A stretch of DNA of 64,000 bases from an uncultured Verrucomicrobiae bacterium (lineage in GTDB: Bacteria; Verrucomicrobiota; Verrucomicrobiia; Chthoniobacterales; UBA10450): assembly GCA_963801815.1 (NCBI GenBank), contig CAWDGJ010000003.1, positions 576,001 to 640,000 on the forward strand, written 5' to 3'. The notes below the pieces were generated by a model that worked only from the letters and a program-made list of their open reading frames with translations, was not told the DNA's origin and did not search any database. Positions within the stretch are counted from its first letter, which is position 1. Every line of letters starts with the position of its first letter. Below are positions 19,553-29,312 of the stretch, in pieces. Both the position numbers and the translations under genes were made by a program.

Positions 19553-20098
19553 TTGACGCCCAGTCTGGCGCTCTTCGCCCGAGCGGACGACTTGCCGGTG
19601 AAATTGAATTTCGATCGCTACAAAGGAATGCTGGATCATTCGCCCTTCGCAGTGGCGACCGCAGTCGTCGCTCCGCCAGCGACCCCGAATTTCGCGAGGG
19701 ATCTTTACGTTACGAGTGCCGCGAAGTCTGCCGACGGCGATATGGTGACGATCGCGTCGATGACAGACAAGGAGTTCAAGAAATATCTCACGACGAAAAC
19801 GCCGGTAGACGGTTACGCGATTTCCAGCATCGAGTGGTCGGACAAAGTGGGTGAAACAAAAGTGACAATCAGTAAAGACGGCCAGTACGCTACGCTAACA
19901 TTCAATCAGGCGGAGATGTCGAAGCCGGCTGCGAACCGGCCGAACGCTGCGCTTCCTGCGCCGGTCTTCCAACAGCAACCGTCTGGTTTTCAGAGGCCAC
20001 CTGGAATGACAACACCCACCCCGCACGTCCGCGGCGTGATTCAGCGAAACCCGACGGGGCAGCCGCCAACCGCACCCAATAATTCGTCCGAAGATTAG
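19553..20098 (+). CDS. Hypothetical exported protein of the T2SS cluster, Pro-rich C-terminus
   Basis: Follows the GspM-like gene; true start probably ATG 19524 with one indel. Confidence 0.55.
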   Translation: MTPSLALFARADDLPVKLNFDRYKGMLDHSPFAVATAVVAPPATPNFARDLYVTSAAKSADGDMVTIASMTDKEFKKYLTTKTPVDGYAISSIEWSDKVGETKVTISKDGQYATLTFNQAEMSKPAANRPNAALPAPVFQQQPSGFQRPPGMTTPTPHVRGVIQRNPTGQPPTAPNNSSED

Positions 20099-20121
20099 GT
20101 GACTTCGATTTTGGGCGAATG

Positions 20122-20544
20122 CTATTCGCCCCAGTCGTCATCGCCGCCACCGTTGTCATCAATACGATTTGGGCCGGCCGAGTAGAGATCGAAGCTTTCT
20201 GGATTCCTGATTCCCGGGCAGCGATAAACGTAGGGATTTTGCCACGGGTCTTTTGGCATCTCTTTGTATAGCTGATACCAACGTGACGGCCGCGGTTCGG
20301 TCGTAGCTTGCGTGACGAGTGCCTGCAAACCTTGTTCAGTCGGTGGATAAAACCCATTCATGCTTTCATACAGTTTGAGCTGCGTGCTAATACCTTGAAC
20401 GTCCGCTTGAATGCGAGTGTGCCGGGCGTATTCGACGTTGCCTCCCAATTTGTAAATTGCTGTTCCAAGCAACAGCGCAATGATCGTTACCACGATCATG
20501 ATTTCGAGCAGGGTAAAGCCCGATTCGTTGGTTGGTTTCCTCAT
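20122..20544 (-). CDS. gspG: Type II secretion major pseudopilin
   Basis: GFTLLEIMIVV, YPPTEQGLQALV, PKDPWQNPYVY, DLYSAGP. Confidence 0.9.
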   Translation of the reverse strand: MRKPTNESGFTLLEIMIVVTIIALLLGTAIYKLGGNVEYARHTRIQADVQGISTQLKLYESMNGFYPPTEQGLQALVTQATTEPRPSRWYQLYKEMPKDPWQNPYVYRCPGIRNPESFDLYSAGPNRIDDNGGGDDDWGE

Positions 20545-20611
20545 CTTGTGATTTAGCTCAGACACACAACGCCCCGGTGCGGTTCAATCAACTCGCGGAC
20601 ACTATTCGGAG

Positions 20612-21664
20612 TCAATGGCTGGTTTTCAGCTGATAATCCGATTTTTCCCAAAGATACTTCAATTGAACCTGCGTTCCGCGGATCGCCGATGCCGGCGTTC
20701 CCGGACCGGCGAGGACCGTCACATCGTTCGGGCCCGTTTTCAAGCTGCTCACTGGAATAAGCTTCTGCGCGCGCAACCACCCAGTGTATTGGAAATGCAT
20801 TTCTTTGACGAGCGATTCCATTTCACCGCGGTAGCCGGGATCGGCCAGTTCCGGGAGAGTTACGGTAGCGGGTCCAACGTCATCGCCATTTACATAGACT
20901 TCCGGCGGCGAATCGACTCGCGGACTTGCGACTTCAAACGTGAGCAACGCCATCAACGGTTGCGATTCAATTCCAAATTGAAATGTCGCGCCATGTTCGA
21001 CATCCGCACCCATCGAGATCGCTTCGTTCGCCAGCGTTGCTGTCACGGTTCCGAACTGCTCTGTATCCTGGTTCGGCGAGTGCAACGGTGGCATGGGCGA
21101 GAACGGTTCCGGAATCACGTCGCGATGCTCCACGTTGACTGGATGCACGACTTCACTACTCGTCATCCAATCGAGATACATTCCGCGGACGTTTTTTCCG
21201 TCACCGGGAACTTCAACGTCGACCGTCGAAATGCCTTTCATGGGAATCACGACCGAATCCGAGCTTGGCAGGCCGATACCGGAGCCGAGTGCGCCGGAAC
21301 GAAGTACTTGCGTTCCCGATTCGTCCCAGGCGACGACCTCCGGGCGTGTCTTGTCGATATCGTCGAAGAAAAGACGGACGAACATCACTTGAAAATCCTC
21401 GGAAGGGTGAGAGACCCGAATGCGAAAAATGGTTTTTCCTGCCCTATCGGAGGTCATGTCAACCGCGTCCACCCAGTCGGGCGCACTTTGCGGGCGAGAA
21501 TTCGCGGTGGGATTCTGACGCAGATCGATCCACGCGCTTTCGGAGGAATTTTGCGCAGTCGAGCCACTTTGCGGCTTCGGCAACCCGTTGCTAATCGCTT
21601 CCTGAGCAACCACGGATGAGGTTGCGCCGGCCAGAAAAAGCAGCGCGGCGAAACGGAGGACCAT
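20612..21664 (-). CDS. Hypothetical secreted beta-rich protein between gspF and gspG
   Basis: Signal peptide MVLRFAALLFLAGATSSVVA; 350 aa. Confidence 0.7.
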   Translation of the reverse strand: MVLRFAALLFLAGATSSVVAQEAISNGLPKPQSGSTAQNSSESAWIDLRQNPTANSRPQSAPDWVDAVDMTSDRAGKTIFRIRVSHPSEDFQVMFVRLFFDDIDKTRPEVVAWDESGTQVLRSGALGSGIGLPSSDSVVIPMKGISTVDVEVPGDGKNVRGMYLDWMTSSEVVHPVNVEHRDVIPEPFSPMPPLHSPNQDTEQFGTVTATLANEAISMGADVEHGATFQFGIESQPLMALLTFEVASPRVDSPPEVYVNGDDVGPATVTLPELADPGYRGEMESLVKEMHFQYTGWLRAQKLIPVSSLKTGPNDVTVLAGPGTPASAIRGTQVQLKYLWEKSDYQLKTSH

Positions 21665-21682
21665 TTGGCCGCGAATCGTATC

Positions 21683-22948
21683 TTAGTGCGGTCGAAACTG
21701 CAAGCTGTGCGTAACAGTAAAAACTGCGTCGAGAATGCCGTATACAACCAGACCGACAACAATCGCAATTAAGACAATTATGATCGGCGGAATCAACTGA
21801 GACACGATGGCGACGTTCCGGTCCAATTCGCGTTCGTAAACATCAGCGATCGTTTGCATGGTCTCCCCAAAGCGGCCGGTTTGTTCGCCTACCGCCATCA
21901 TATCGGTGAACAGATCCGGAAAGATCCGATTCGAACTAAGCGCTGCCGAAAGCGTCGTTCCATCGATAACGGCGCGACGCGCCTGCACCACTTTCAACTC
22001 AAGATAGCGATTGCCGGCGATTTCGCTGACCAAATCCAGCGCGCGAAGAAGGGGAATTCCATTTTGTATGAGGGTCCCTAATGTTCTCGAAAATTGTGCG
22101 TAGTAACGGTAGCGAAGTATTCGCCCATACCCTGGAACATTTAATCGAAAGCGGTCCCACGTCAGCCGGCCTTCATCGGTCCGGACGAATGCACGAAATC
22201 CGACGCCAATTCCTATCGCGATAAGCGCCCCCAGCCACCAATATCCGACGATAGCATGATGAGTGTCGATTAGAAGGCGAGTGGCGAATGGCAGAGCACC
22301 TCCAATTTGTTCAAGAAAACCTTGTAACTGCGGCACCATGTAAGTAATGAAAATCGTGATCAGCCCGGCGCCGGCGGCGGCAAGAAACGCCGGATAGATC
22401 AGCGCTTGTTGAACTCGGTCGCGCAGGTTTTTCGCCTGCATCAAGTGCTTCACCAGTCGTAGCAGGATTTCAGGCAGCGCGCCGCTGGCTTCACCGGCCG
22501 CGACTAAATTCACGTACAATGGCGGAAAGATTCTCGGCATTTCGCGCAGCGCCTGGGAAAAACTGCGGCCGTCAACCAGCGCCTGATGCAGTGCGTGTGT
22601 CATTTGCTGAACCCGCGGCTGCTTTAACCGTTTCTCCAGGATCGACAATCCCTCATCCAGCGTCATTCCAGCCTGAAGGAGATGAGCAAGTTGCTCGGTA
22701 AAAATGAGCAACTGATTGTGCGGAATTTTCAGGCTTTGTATTGGCGTCGACGATGTCGTGGATGCCGGGGCCCTTGGCGCGGCGGGCTTTCCAGTTGCCT
22801 CGGCTCGTGCATTCACAACCTCGATCTTGATTGGAATACAACGCTTCTGTTCGATCTGCCGAATAGCGATGGTGCGATCGGCGCAATCCAGCACGCCCTC
22901 GACTAAAGCGCCCTGCGCGTCACGCGCGCGATAGGAAAATTGTGGCAT
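21683..22948 (-). CDS. gspF: Type II secretion F / PilC platform protein
   Basis: FTEQLAHLLQAG, AGEASGAL, ALIYP, VGEQTGRF. Confidence 0.9.
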   Translation of the reverse strand: MPQFSYRARDAQGALVEGVLDCADRTIAIRQIEQKRCIPIKIEVVNARAEATGKPAAPRAPASTTSSTPIQSLKIPHNQLLIFTEQLAHLLQAGMTLDEGLSILEKRLKQPRVQQMTHALHQALVDGRSFSQALREMPRIFPPLYVNLVAAGEASGALPEILLRLVKHLMQAKNLRDRVQQALIYPAFLAAAGAGLITIFITYMVPQLQGFLEQIGGALPFATRLLIDTHHAIVGYWWLGALIAIGIGVGFRAFVRTDEGRLTWDRFRLNVPGYGRILRYRYYAQFSRTLGTLIQNGIPLLRALDLVSEIAGNRYLELKVVQARRAVIDGTTLSAALSSNRIFPDLFTDMMAVGEQTGRFGETMQTIADVYERELDRNVAIVSQLIPPIIIVLIAIVVGLVVYGILDAVFTVTHSLQFRPH

Positions 22949-22951
22949 TGC

Positions 22952-23029
22952 TCAGAAAGTAATTTGAAATCCCCAATCCTGCCACGCCGCAAGTCCGTTG
23001 GCGGGGGCTCGGTAAGCGAACTGTGGCAT
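22952..23029 (-). pseudogene. Possible remnant of a second gspF (25-codon ORF)
   Basis: Begins MPQFAYRA, versus MPQFSYRA at the start of the adjacent gspF. Confidence 0.4.
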
Positions 23030-23144
23030 CGCGGTGGAAGTTAATGCGAAAATACAAAATCGAAAGTCGCGGCCGAACTGGTTGTATAAAAATATGGACA
23101 TCGCACCACTCAATGCTACTCTCCGCTCCGTTAGCGGAGTGAAC

Positions 23145-23558
23145 ATGCTGCGGGCTGCCGTTTTTCCTGGGGTCATCGCAGGTGTTGTCTCGATCTTCGC
23201 CTCCTGGCTGTGGATGGCGGTCGTATTTCACCGTTATCAGCGCGAAACACCAACCACCTGGCGTCAGAAAGGCACACGCAGTTATGTGGCGGCCAGCCTT
23301 CTCCACCTTTTCGCCGCGATCGGTATTGCCGCTCTGGTTACCCTGGTTGTTCGTTCTCACGTTGCCTCTTTTGGCGAAGGCATCGTCGGAAATCTTCGCT
23401 TCGCATTGTGCATTTGGGCTGCGATCGCGCTTCCAATTATTCTGGAGTCGGCAGTCTTCGTTCGATTACACCCGTTCGTTGTCCTCGGCCAACTCCTTGA
23501 TTGGCTCACTCTCTCGATCATCGCTTGTTTAATTACGGGCTGGTGGCTCAGGCGGTAA
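23145..23558 (+). CDS. Four-TM membrane protein (DUF1761-like)
   Basis: Four hydrophobic segments; GGAG before ATG 23145. Confidence 0.6.
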   Translation: MLRAAVFPGVIAGVVSIFASWLWMAVVFHRYQRETPTTWRQKGTRSYVAASLLHLFAAIGIAALVTLVVRSHVASFGEGIVGNLRFALCIWAAIALPIILESAVFVRLHPFVVLGQLLDWLTLSIIACLITGWWLRR

Positions 23559-23586
23559 TCCGCCGCCGTCAGAATTGAATTTTCCA

Positions 23587-23602
23587 TGGCACAAATGATG
23601 CA
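23587..23602 (+). promoter_or_regulatory. Sigma54-type -24/-12 promoter
   Basis: TGGCAC-AAATG-ATGCA: exact GG-N10-GC spacing, one mismatch to TGGCAC-N5-TTGC. Confidence 0.55.
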
Positions 23603-23617
23603 GACAGAAACAGCAAT

Positions 23618-23785
23618 ATGAGAACGTTCGCCCTCGGCGTTCTGCTAAGCCTTGCGATGATTTCGCAGGGTTTCGCGATCATTCGTCCTCCGTATCCGAT
23701 GAAACCGATGCCGCCATATCAAGGCCGGTTCATCGTGATCGGCGACGACGCGAAATCGCAGACCGCCTCCAAGTCCCCCAAATAG
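23618..23785 (+). CDS. 55-aa secreted Pro-rich peptide (not in ORF track)
   Basis: MRTFALGVLLSLAMISQGFA|IIRPPYPMKPMPPYQGRFIVIGDDAKSQTASKSPK; hairpin attcgcg...cgcgaat right after the stop. Confidence 0.65.
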   Translation: MRTFALGVLLSLAMISQGFAIIRPPYPMKPMPPYQGRFIVIGDDAKSQTASKSPK

Positions 23786-23874
23786 ATTCGCGAAAGGGAA
23801 ACGCGAATGTGTTTGCGCCGGTTTATCGGCGCTTTGGCGAATTTTCTCTCTGGTAAATTCAACTTTCGGTAACG

Positions 23875-23902
23875 TTGACACGTTTTGGTCGCGCGCTACG
23901 CT
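23875..23902 (+). promoter_or_regulatory. Sigma70-type promoter for tRNA-Cys
   Basis: TTGACA-N16-TACGCT ending 14 nt before the tRNA. Confidence 0.55.
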
Positions 23903-23916
23903 GCCCTTCCGCTAAC

Positions 23917-23988
23917 GGCGGGGTAGCCAAGTGGTAAGGCTGCGGTCTGCAAAACCGCTATTCGCGGGTTCGATTCCCGCCCCCGCCT
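23917..23988 (+). tRNA. tRNA-Cys(GCA), CCA not encoded
   Basis: Cloverleaf: GGCGGGG/CCCCGCC acceptor, GCGGT-CTGCAAA-ACCGC anticodon arm, GCGGG-TTCGATT-CCCGC T arm. Confidence 0.95.
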
Positions 23989-24266
23989 GATTCATCGGTG
24001 CGGGCTTGGTGGACAATACAGTTTCGTTCAACGTACTGGTTCGATTGATTCGCTCGTTCCCGTGAGCTCACCCTTCGGGCTTCGTCGATGTCGCTCGGCT
24101 CCCGCCGGCTCCATTCCCGCCCCCGCCTGATCATCGGTGCGGGCTTGGTGGACAATACAGTTTCGTTCAACGCACTGGTTCGATTGATTCGCTCGTTCCC
24201 GCGAGCTCATCCTTCGGGCTTCGTCGATGTCGCTCGGCTCCCGCCGGCTCCATTCCCGCCCCGCCT
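23973..24266 (+). repeat. tRNA-linked tandem repeat: two ~140-bp units bounded by three copies of the tRNA 3' end
   Basis: attcccgcccc(c)gcct at 23973, 24113 and 24252; the two units are nearly identical. Confidence 0.9.
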
Positions 24267-24317
24267 CGTTCATTTAACGACTTAGCGATTTCGCCAATTA
24301 ATGATTATCTTCGCCGC

Positions 24318-25608
24318 GTGACTCGCCGTTCGACCGAACTTTTTGATCGCGCACAAGCGCGCATTCCCGGCGGCGTCAATTCGCCGGTGCGCGCGTTTCG
24401 CAATGTCGGCGGCGAGCCGTTTTTCGTGGAACGCGCCGCCGGCGCGAGGATCTGGGACGTCGATGGAAAGGAATACATCGATTATGTCGGCAGCTGGGGA
24501 CCGGCGATTCTTGGACACGCGCCGAAAGTTGTGGTCGAGGCGGTTCGCGATGCCGCGACCCGCGGAGTGAGCTTTGGAATTCCAAATCCATTCGAGGTCG
24601 AGATGGCGGAACTGATCTGTCGCTGGATGCCATCGATCGAAAAGGTCCGGATGGTCAACAGCGGGACCGAGGCGACGATGTCGTGCCTTCGGCTGGCGCG
24701 CGGATTCACCGGCCGCGACAAGATCATCAAGTTCGACGGCTGCTATCATGGCCATGTCGATTCGCTCTTCGTCCAGGCGGGCAGCGGCGCACTTACCCAT
24801 GGACAACCCGACAGCGCCGGCGTTCCGAAGGCGTTCGCCGATCTCACGATCTCGCTGCCGTTCAACGACGTCGATGCTCGTCCGGAAAACATTCTCCGAA
24901 AATCAAGACGAGATCGCGGCGATCATTCTCGAGCCGATCCCGGCCAATGCCGGGCTTTATTTCCCGAAGGACGAATTTCCTGTCGAGTCTGCGCGAGGAA
25001 TGCACCAAAGCATGACGCGCTCCTGATTTTCGACGAAGTGATGACTGGATTTCGCGTCGCGCGCGGCGGTGCGCAGGAAATTTACGGAATCAAGCCCGGA
25101 CCTGACGGCGCTTGGCAAAGTCATCGGCGGCGGATTGCCGGTCGGGCGCCTTCGGTGGTCGCGCCGAAATCATGGATCAACTTTCGCCGCGATGGGCCGG
25201 TTTACCAGGCCGGGACGCTCTCGGGGAATCCGCTCGCGATGGCAGCCGGTCTCGCGCAACTGCGCGAACTGGAACGAATCGATGGCTGGAAACTCCTCGA
25301 GAAACTCGGCGCGCAACTCGAACAGGCGACGCGAGACTTGATTTCAAAGACGAAACTCGACCTCGACATTTCATCGAATCGGTTCGATGTTCTGCCTGTT
25401 TTTCTCACGCCGGACCAATTGTCGATCTGGGGAGTGCGAAGCGGAGCGATTTGAAGGTCTTCGTCCGCTTTTTTCACGCTGCCTCGAACGCGGCGTTTAT
25501 TTTGCGCCGTCGCAGTTTGAAACCGGATTTATTTCGACCGCGCACACGCGCGGACGAGATTGTGCGCACCGCCAAGGTTGTAGCCCGAGGTGCTTCAATA
25601 CGCTATGA
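24318..25608 (+). CDS. hemL: Glutamate-1-semialdehyde 2,1-aminomutase (frameshifted)
   Basis: [57 protein letters not shown] across frames. Confidence 0.9.
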
Positions 25609-28212
25609 GCGACTCCTGATAAAAACCGCGGATCTCGCGCGTGCTTCGCAAGTTCTTCTTCGAGGGCGACCGCAAGTTTTTCGTCAAAGGCGCCACCTAC
25701 GGACCGTTCCAGCCGGACGCGAACGGCGACCATTTTGGCCGCCGGAGCAGGTGGACGTCGATCTTCGGCAAATGCGCGAAATCGGCATCAACGTGATCCG
25801 AGTTTATCACGCTCCGCCGCACTGGTTTCTGGAGAATTGCGCCGCCGCCGGAATGCGCGTCCTCATCACGCTCCCGTGGGCAAAGCACGTCGAGTTTTTG
25901 CGCGTGAAAAAAGTCCGCGACCAGATCGGGCGAATGGTGCGCACGACGGTGAAACGTACGCGGGCAATCCGGCGATCCTTGGTTATCTCGTCGGCAACGA
26001 GATCTCGAGCACCATGGTGCGCTGGCTCGGCGTGCGGCGGGTGACGGAATTCGTCGAACATCTTGTCCGCATCGGGCGCGAAGTCGATCCGGACGTTCTC
26101 TTTTCCTACGCGAGTTTTCCGCCGACGGAATATCTCCTGCCGCAGAACGTCGATTTCTTCTGCTTCAACGTTTACCTGCACAATCAGCGCGACTTCGAAA
26201 GTTACCTCCTGCGCCTGCAAAATCTGACGGAGGAACGTCCGCTCATGCTCGGCGAGTTCGGCATGGATACGATTCGCCACTCGGAGGAGGAACAGGCGGA
26301 GATGCTCGGCTGGCACGTCGACAGCGTGGTCCATTGCGGTCTGGCCGGAACGATCTTCTTTTCCTGGACCGATGAATGGTTCACCGGCGAGCAGGAGTTC
26401 ACCGATTGGGCATTCGGCATCGTCACTCGCGATCGCACAGCCGAAGAAATCGTTCTCTACACGCTGCAGGAAAAACTTGGCCAGGACGATTCCACGCTGC
26501 CGCATCGCGGCCCTCGCCGAATACGCCGTTCGTTTCGGTCATCGTCTGTTCCTACAACGGCGGACGCACGCTCGCGCGCTTGTCTCGAGTCGTTAGGCAA
26601 AATCAATTATCCGAACTACGAAGTGATTCTGGTCGACGACGGTTCGACCGACAACACCGCGGAAATCGCGGCGCAGTTTCCCACACGTCCGCTACATTCG
26701 CCAGGACCAATCACGGCCTGAGTTATGCGCGCAACACCGGCGCCGCCGCGGCCAAGGGCGAAGTCTTCGCCTACACCGATTCCGACTGCATGGCCGATCC
26801 CGACTGGCTTTATTATTTGATCGGCACGCTCCTCAGCGGCGATTACGCCGGGGTGGGCGGACCGAACGTTTCGCCGCCGGCCGGAGAACGGATCCAGGCC
26901 TGCGTCGCGGCGGCGCCGGGCGGACCGAGTCACGTCTTGCTGACCGACACCGTGGCCGAGCACATTCCCGGTTGTAACATGGCCTTTTACCGCTGGGCGT
27001 TCGACAACGTCGGCGGCTTCGATCTCGAGTATCGCAAGGCCGGCGACGACGTCGATTTCTGCTGGCGCCTGCAACAGGCAGGGTCACGTCATCGCGTTTA
27101 GCCCGACCGCGATCGTCTGGCATCATCGCCGCTTCACGCTGCGCGAATTTTCGCAAACAACAGGAAGGTTACGGCGAAGCGGAATCGATGCTGCGCTTCA
27201 AGCATCTGATTTTCTTTGGGCCGACCGGGACCGCGAAATGGCGGGGCCAAATCTACGGCTCGCCGCGCTTCAGCTGGTTCATCAATCGTCCGATCATCTA
27301 TCACGGAATTTTCGGCGAAGGATTTTTCCAGTCGATCTATCCGACGCCGCAGTCGGAAATCGCGAACTATCTCAGCAGCATCGAATGGTTCGTGCTCGAC
27401 GCTTTTTCTTGTTTGGGCTCGGAATTTTTCTGCCGGCGCTGCGGATTGTTCCCTATCTGATGCTCGGCGGCACGCTCTGCGTCGCGCTTTCCTACATGCT
27501 GCGCGCGCGAATCGAGCCGAAGTTCGACACCGTGCCGGCGCGTTTGCTCGTCATGTTCCTCGCCTTTGCGCAACCGCTGGTGCGCGGCTGGAATCCCGCT
27601 ACTTCACCTGGCTGCAATTCAAACGCACTCCGCGCGGCGTTATTCGGGACGCACGAGAAAATGCCCGCCGGAGCCAGTGGGACGCGGAAATCTGCGCGGA
27701 CGCGTCTATTGGAGCGAGGATGGGAATGGATCGACATCATCTTGCTCGAAGTCGATCTTCGCAGTTGCTCGAGGAAGAAGGCTGGCGCTACTCCGACCGA
27801 TACCGGTTGGAAGGAATGGGACATCCAGATCTACGGAAACTTTTGGTGGAGCATCATCCTTCAGACCGTGACCGAATATCACGGCGGTGGAAAATGTCTG
27901 ACGCGCGTGCGGCTTCGAAGTCGGTTTGTTACCAGCACGATAATTTTTAGCCTGGTGGCGCTTAGCATTGTCATTTATCGCCAGCTGCACATTTCACACC
28001 TCGATCTTTGGTCGGTCATTCCGTACTCACTCTTTTTGATCTTCCTGGCCTCGCGGGCACGCGCGTTGAAAGCGCGAGTTGGAGAACTGGTAGATCTCGC
28101 CGGGTATCGGGCCGGGTTGCAGCGCGTGACCCGACGTGGTCTTACGGTTTCGCTCGCCATGCCGGTTCAAGCTCTTGAAGCCATGCAAACGGACCCGGCG
28201 GCGCGAACCTGA
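25605..28212 (+). CDS. GH2/clan GH-A TIM barrel + GT2 glycosyltransferase fusion with C-terminal TMs (frameshifted)
   Basis: FVKGATYGPF, GINVIRVYH, LVGNEIS, LGEFG; then VSVIVCSYN, LVDDGSTD, YTDSDC, GCNMAF, GDDVDFCWRL. Confidence 0.75.
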
Positions 28213-28243
28213 AGTTTGGGCGATCCTGCGATTTTCGCTTCCC

Positions 28244-29167
28244 TTACCTGGCGACGGTCTCGAGCGACTTTGCAGCGACTTGAAAATCGTTCGGCGCGGA
28301 TGCTTCAAAACTTTTCCATTCTCCGGTGCGCGGATGTTGAAAACCTAGCTTCCACGCGTGCAGCATTTGTCGCGGAAACTGCCTCGTGTATTTGGCGCCG
28401 TAAATCTTGTCGCCCAGCACCGGATGGCCGAGATGGTGAAGATGGACACGGATTTGATGGGTGCGCCCGCTATGCAATCTGCATTCGACCAGACTCATTG
28501 TGTCCGAAGAACTGAGCACGTGATATTCCGTCTTCGCCGCGCGCCCGCGTTGGGACGCGATCGACATCCGTTGTCGGTGCACCGGATGCCGGCCGATTTT
28601 CTGTTCAATCGTGCCGGCACGTTTGCGCAGTCGTCCGGCCACCAGCACCAGGTAAACTTTTTCTATCGTTCGCTCGGCAAATTGGGTCGATAGCCGTCGA
28701 TGGGCTTCATCCGTTTTTGCGACAACCAGACAACCACTGGTCTCTTTGTCGAGGCGGTGCACAATTCCTGGCCGTTCCTTTCCGCCGATTCCGGAAAGCG
28801 TGGGAAAATGGTGCAGGAGGGCGTTCACCAGCGTGTGTTTTCGATGGCCCGCACCGGGATGAACCACCAAACCCGCTGGTTTGTTGATCACGATCAGGTC
28901 GTCGTCTTCGTAAAGAACGTCGAGCGGGATCGCCTCCGGTTGATTGTCGATTTTTTCCGGCGGTGGCTCGTGGATTTCGATGCGATCTCCGGCATGGACG
29001 AGATCGCGTGGCCGGGCCGGGGCGCCGTTTAGTTTCACATTTTGACTCCGAATTAGTGTTTGGACGCGCGTCCGTGAAAACTGCGGCAGCTCGCGCGCAA
29101 CGAATTGATCGAGGCGAAGGCGAGCAGGCTCTCTCGGTACAATCAGTTGAATCTCTGCAGTGTTCAC
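28244..29167 (-). CDS. rluD: RluA-family pseudouridine synthase with S4 domain
   Basis: RLDQFV S4 domain, NKPAGLVVHP, IVHRLDKETSG, GRTHQIRVH; GTG at 29167. Confidence 0.85.
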   Translation of the reverse strand: MNTAEIQLIVPREPARLRLDQFVARELPQFSRTRVQTLIRSQNVKLNGAPARPRDLVHAGDRIEIHEPPPEKIDNQPEAIPLDVLYEDDDLIVINKPAGLVVHPGAGHRKHTLVNALLHHFPTLSGIGGKERPGIVHRLDKETSGCLVVAKTDEAHRRLSTQFAERTIEKVYLVLVAGRLRKRAGTIEQKIGRHPVHRQRMSIASQRGRAAKTEYHVLSSSDTMSLVECRLHSGRTHQIRVHLHHLGHPVLGDKIYGAKYTRQFPRQMLHAWKLGFQHPRTGEWKSFEASAPNDFQVAAKSLETVAR

Positions 29168-29312
29168 TTTCCAGGGACAACATTGCCCCAGGAGTTGACG
29201 ATGTGACAATCCGAAGAAAGGGGGGTGCTCGAAGCTGGATATCGCGATCAATCGCCGACATTGGAGAGGCAAGGGGAGATGCAACTGGCGCATTTCGTGC
29301 TGGTTATGGCGC

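Noticed and set aside
23973..24266. CRISPR array
   Set aside because: The units between the short repeats are near-identical rather than unique spacers, the repeat is the tRNA 3' end, and there are no cas genes.
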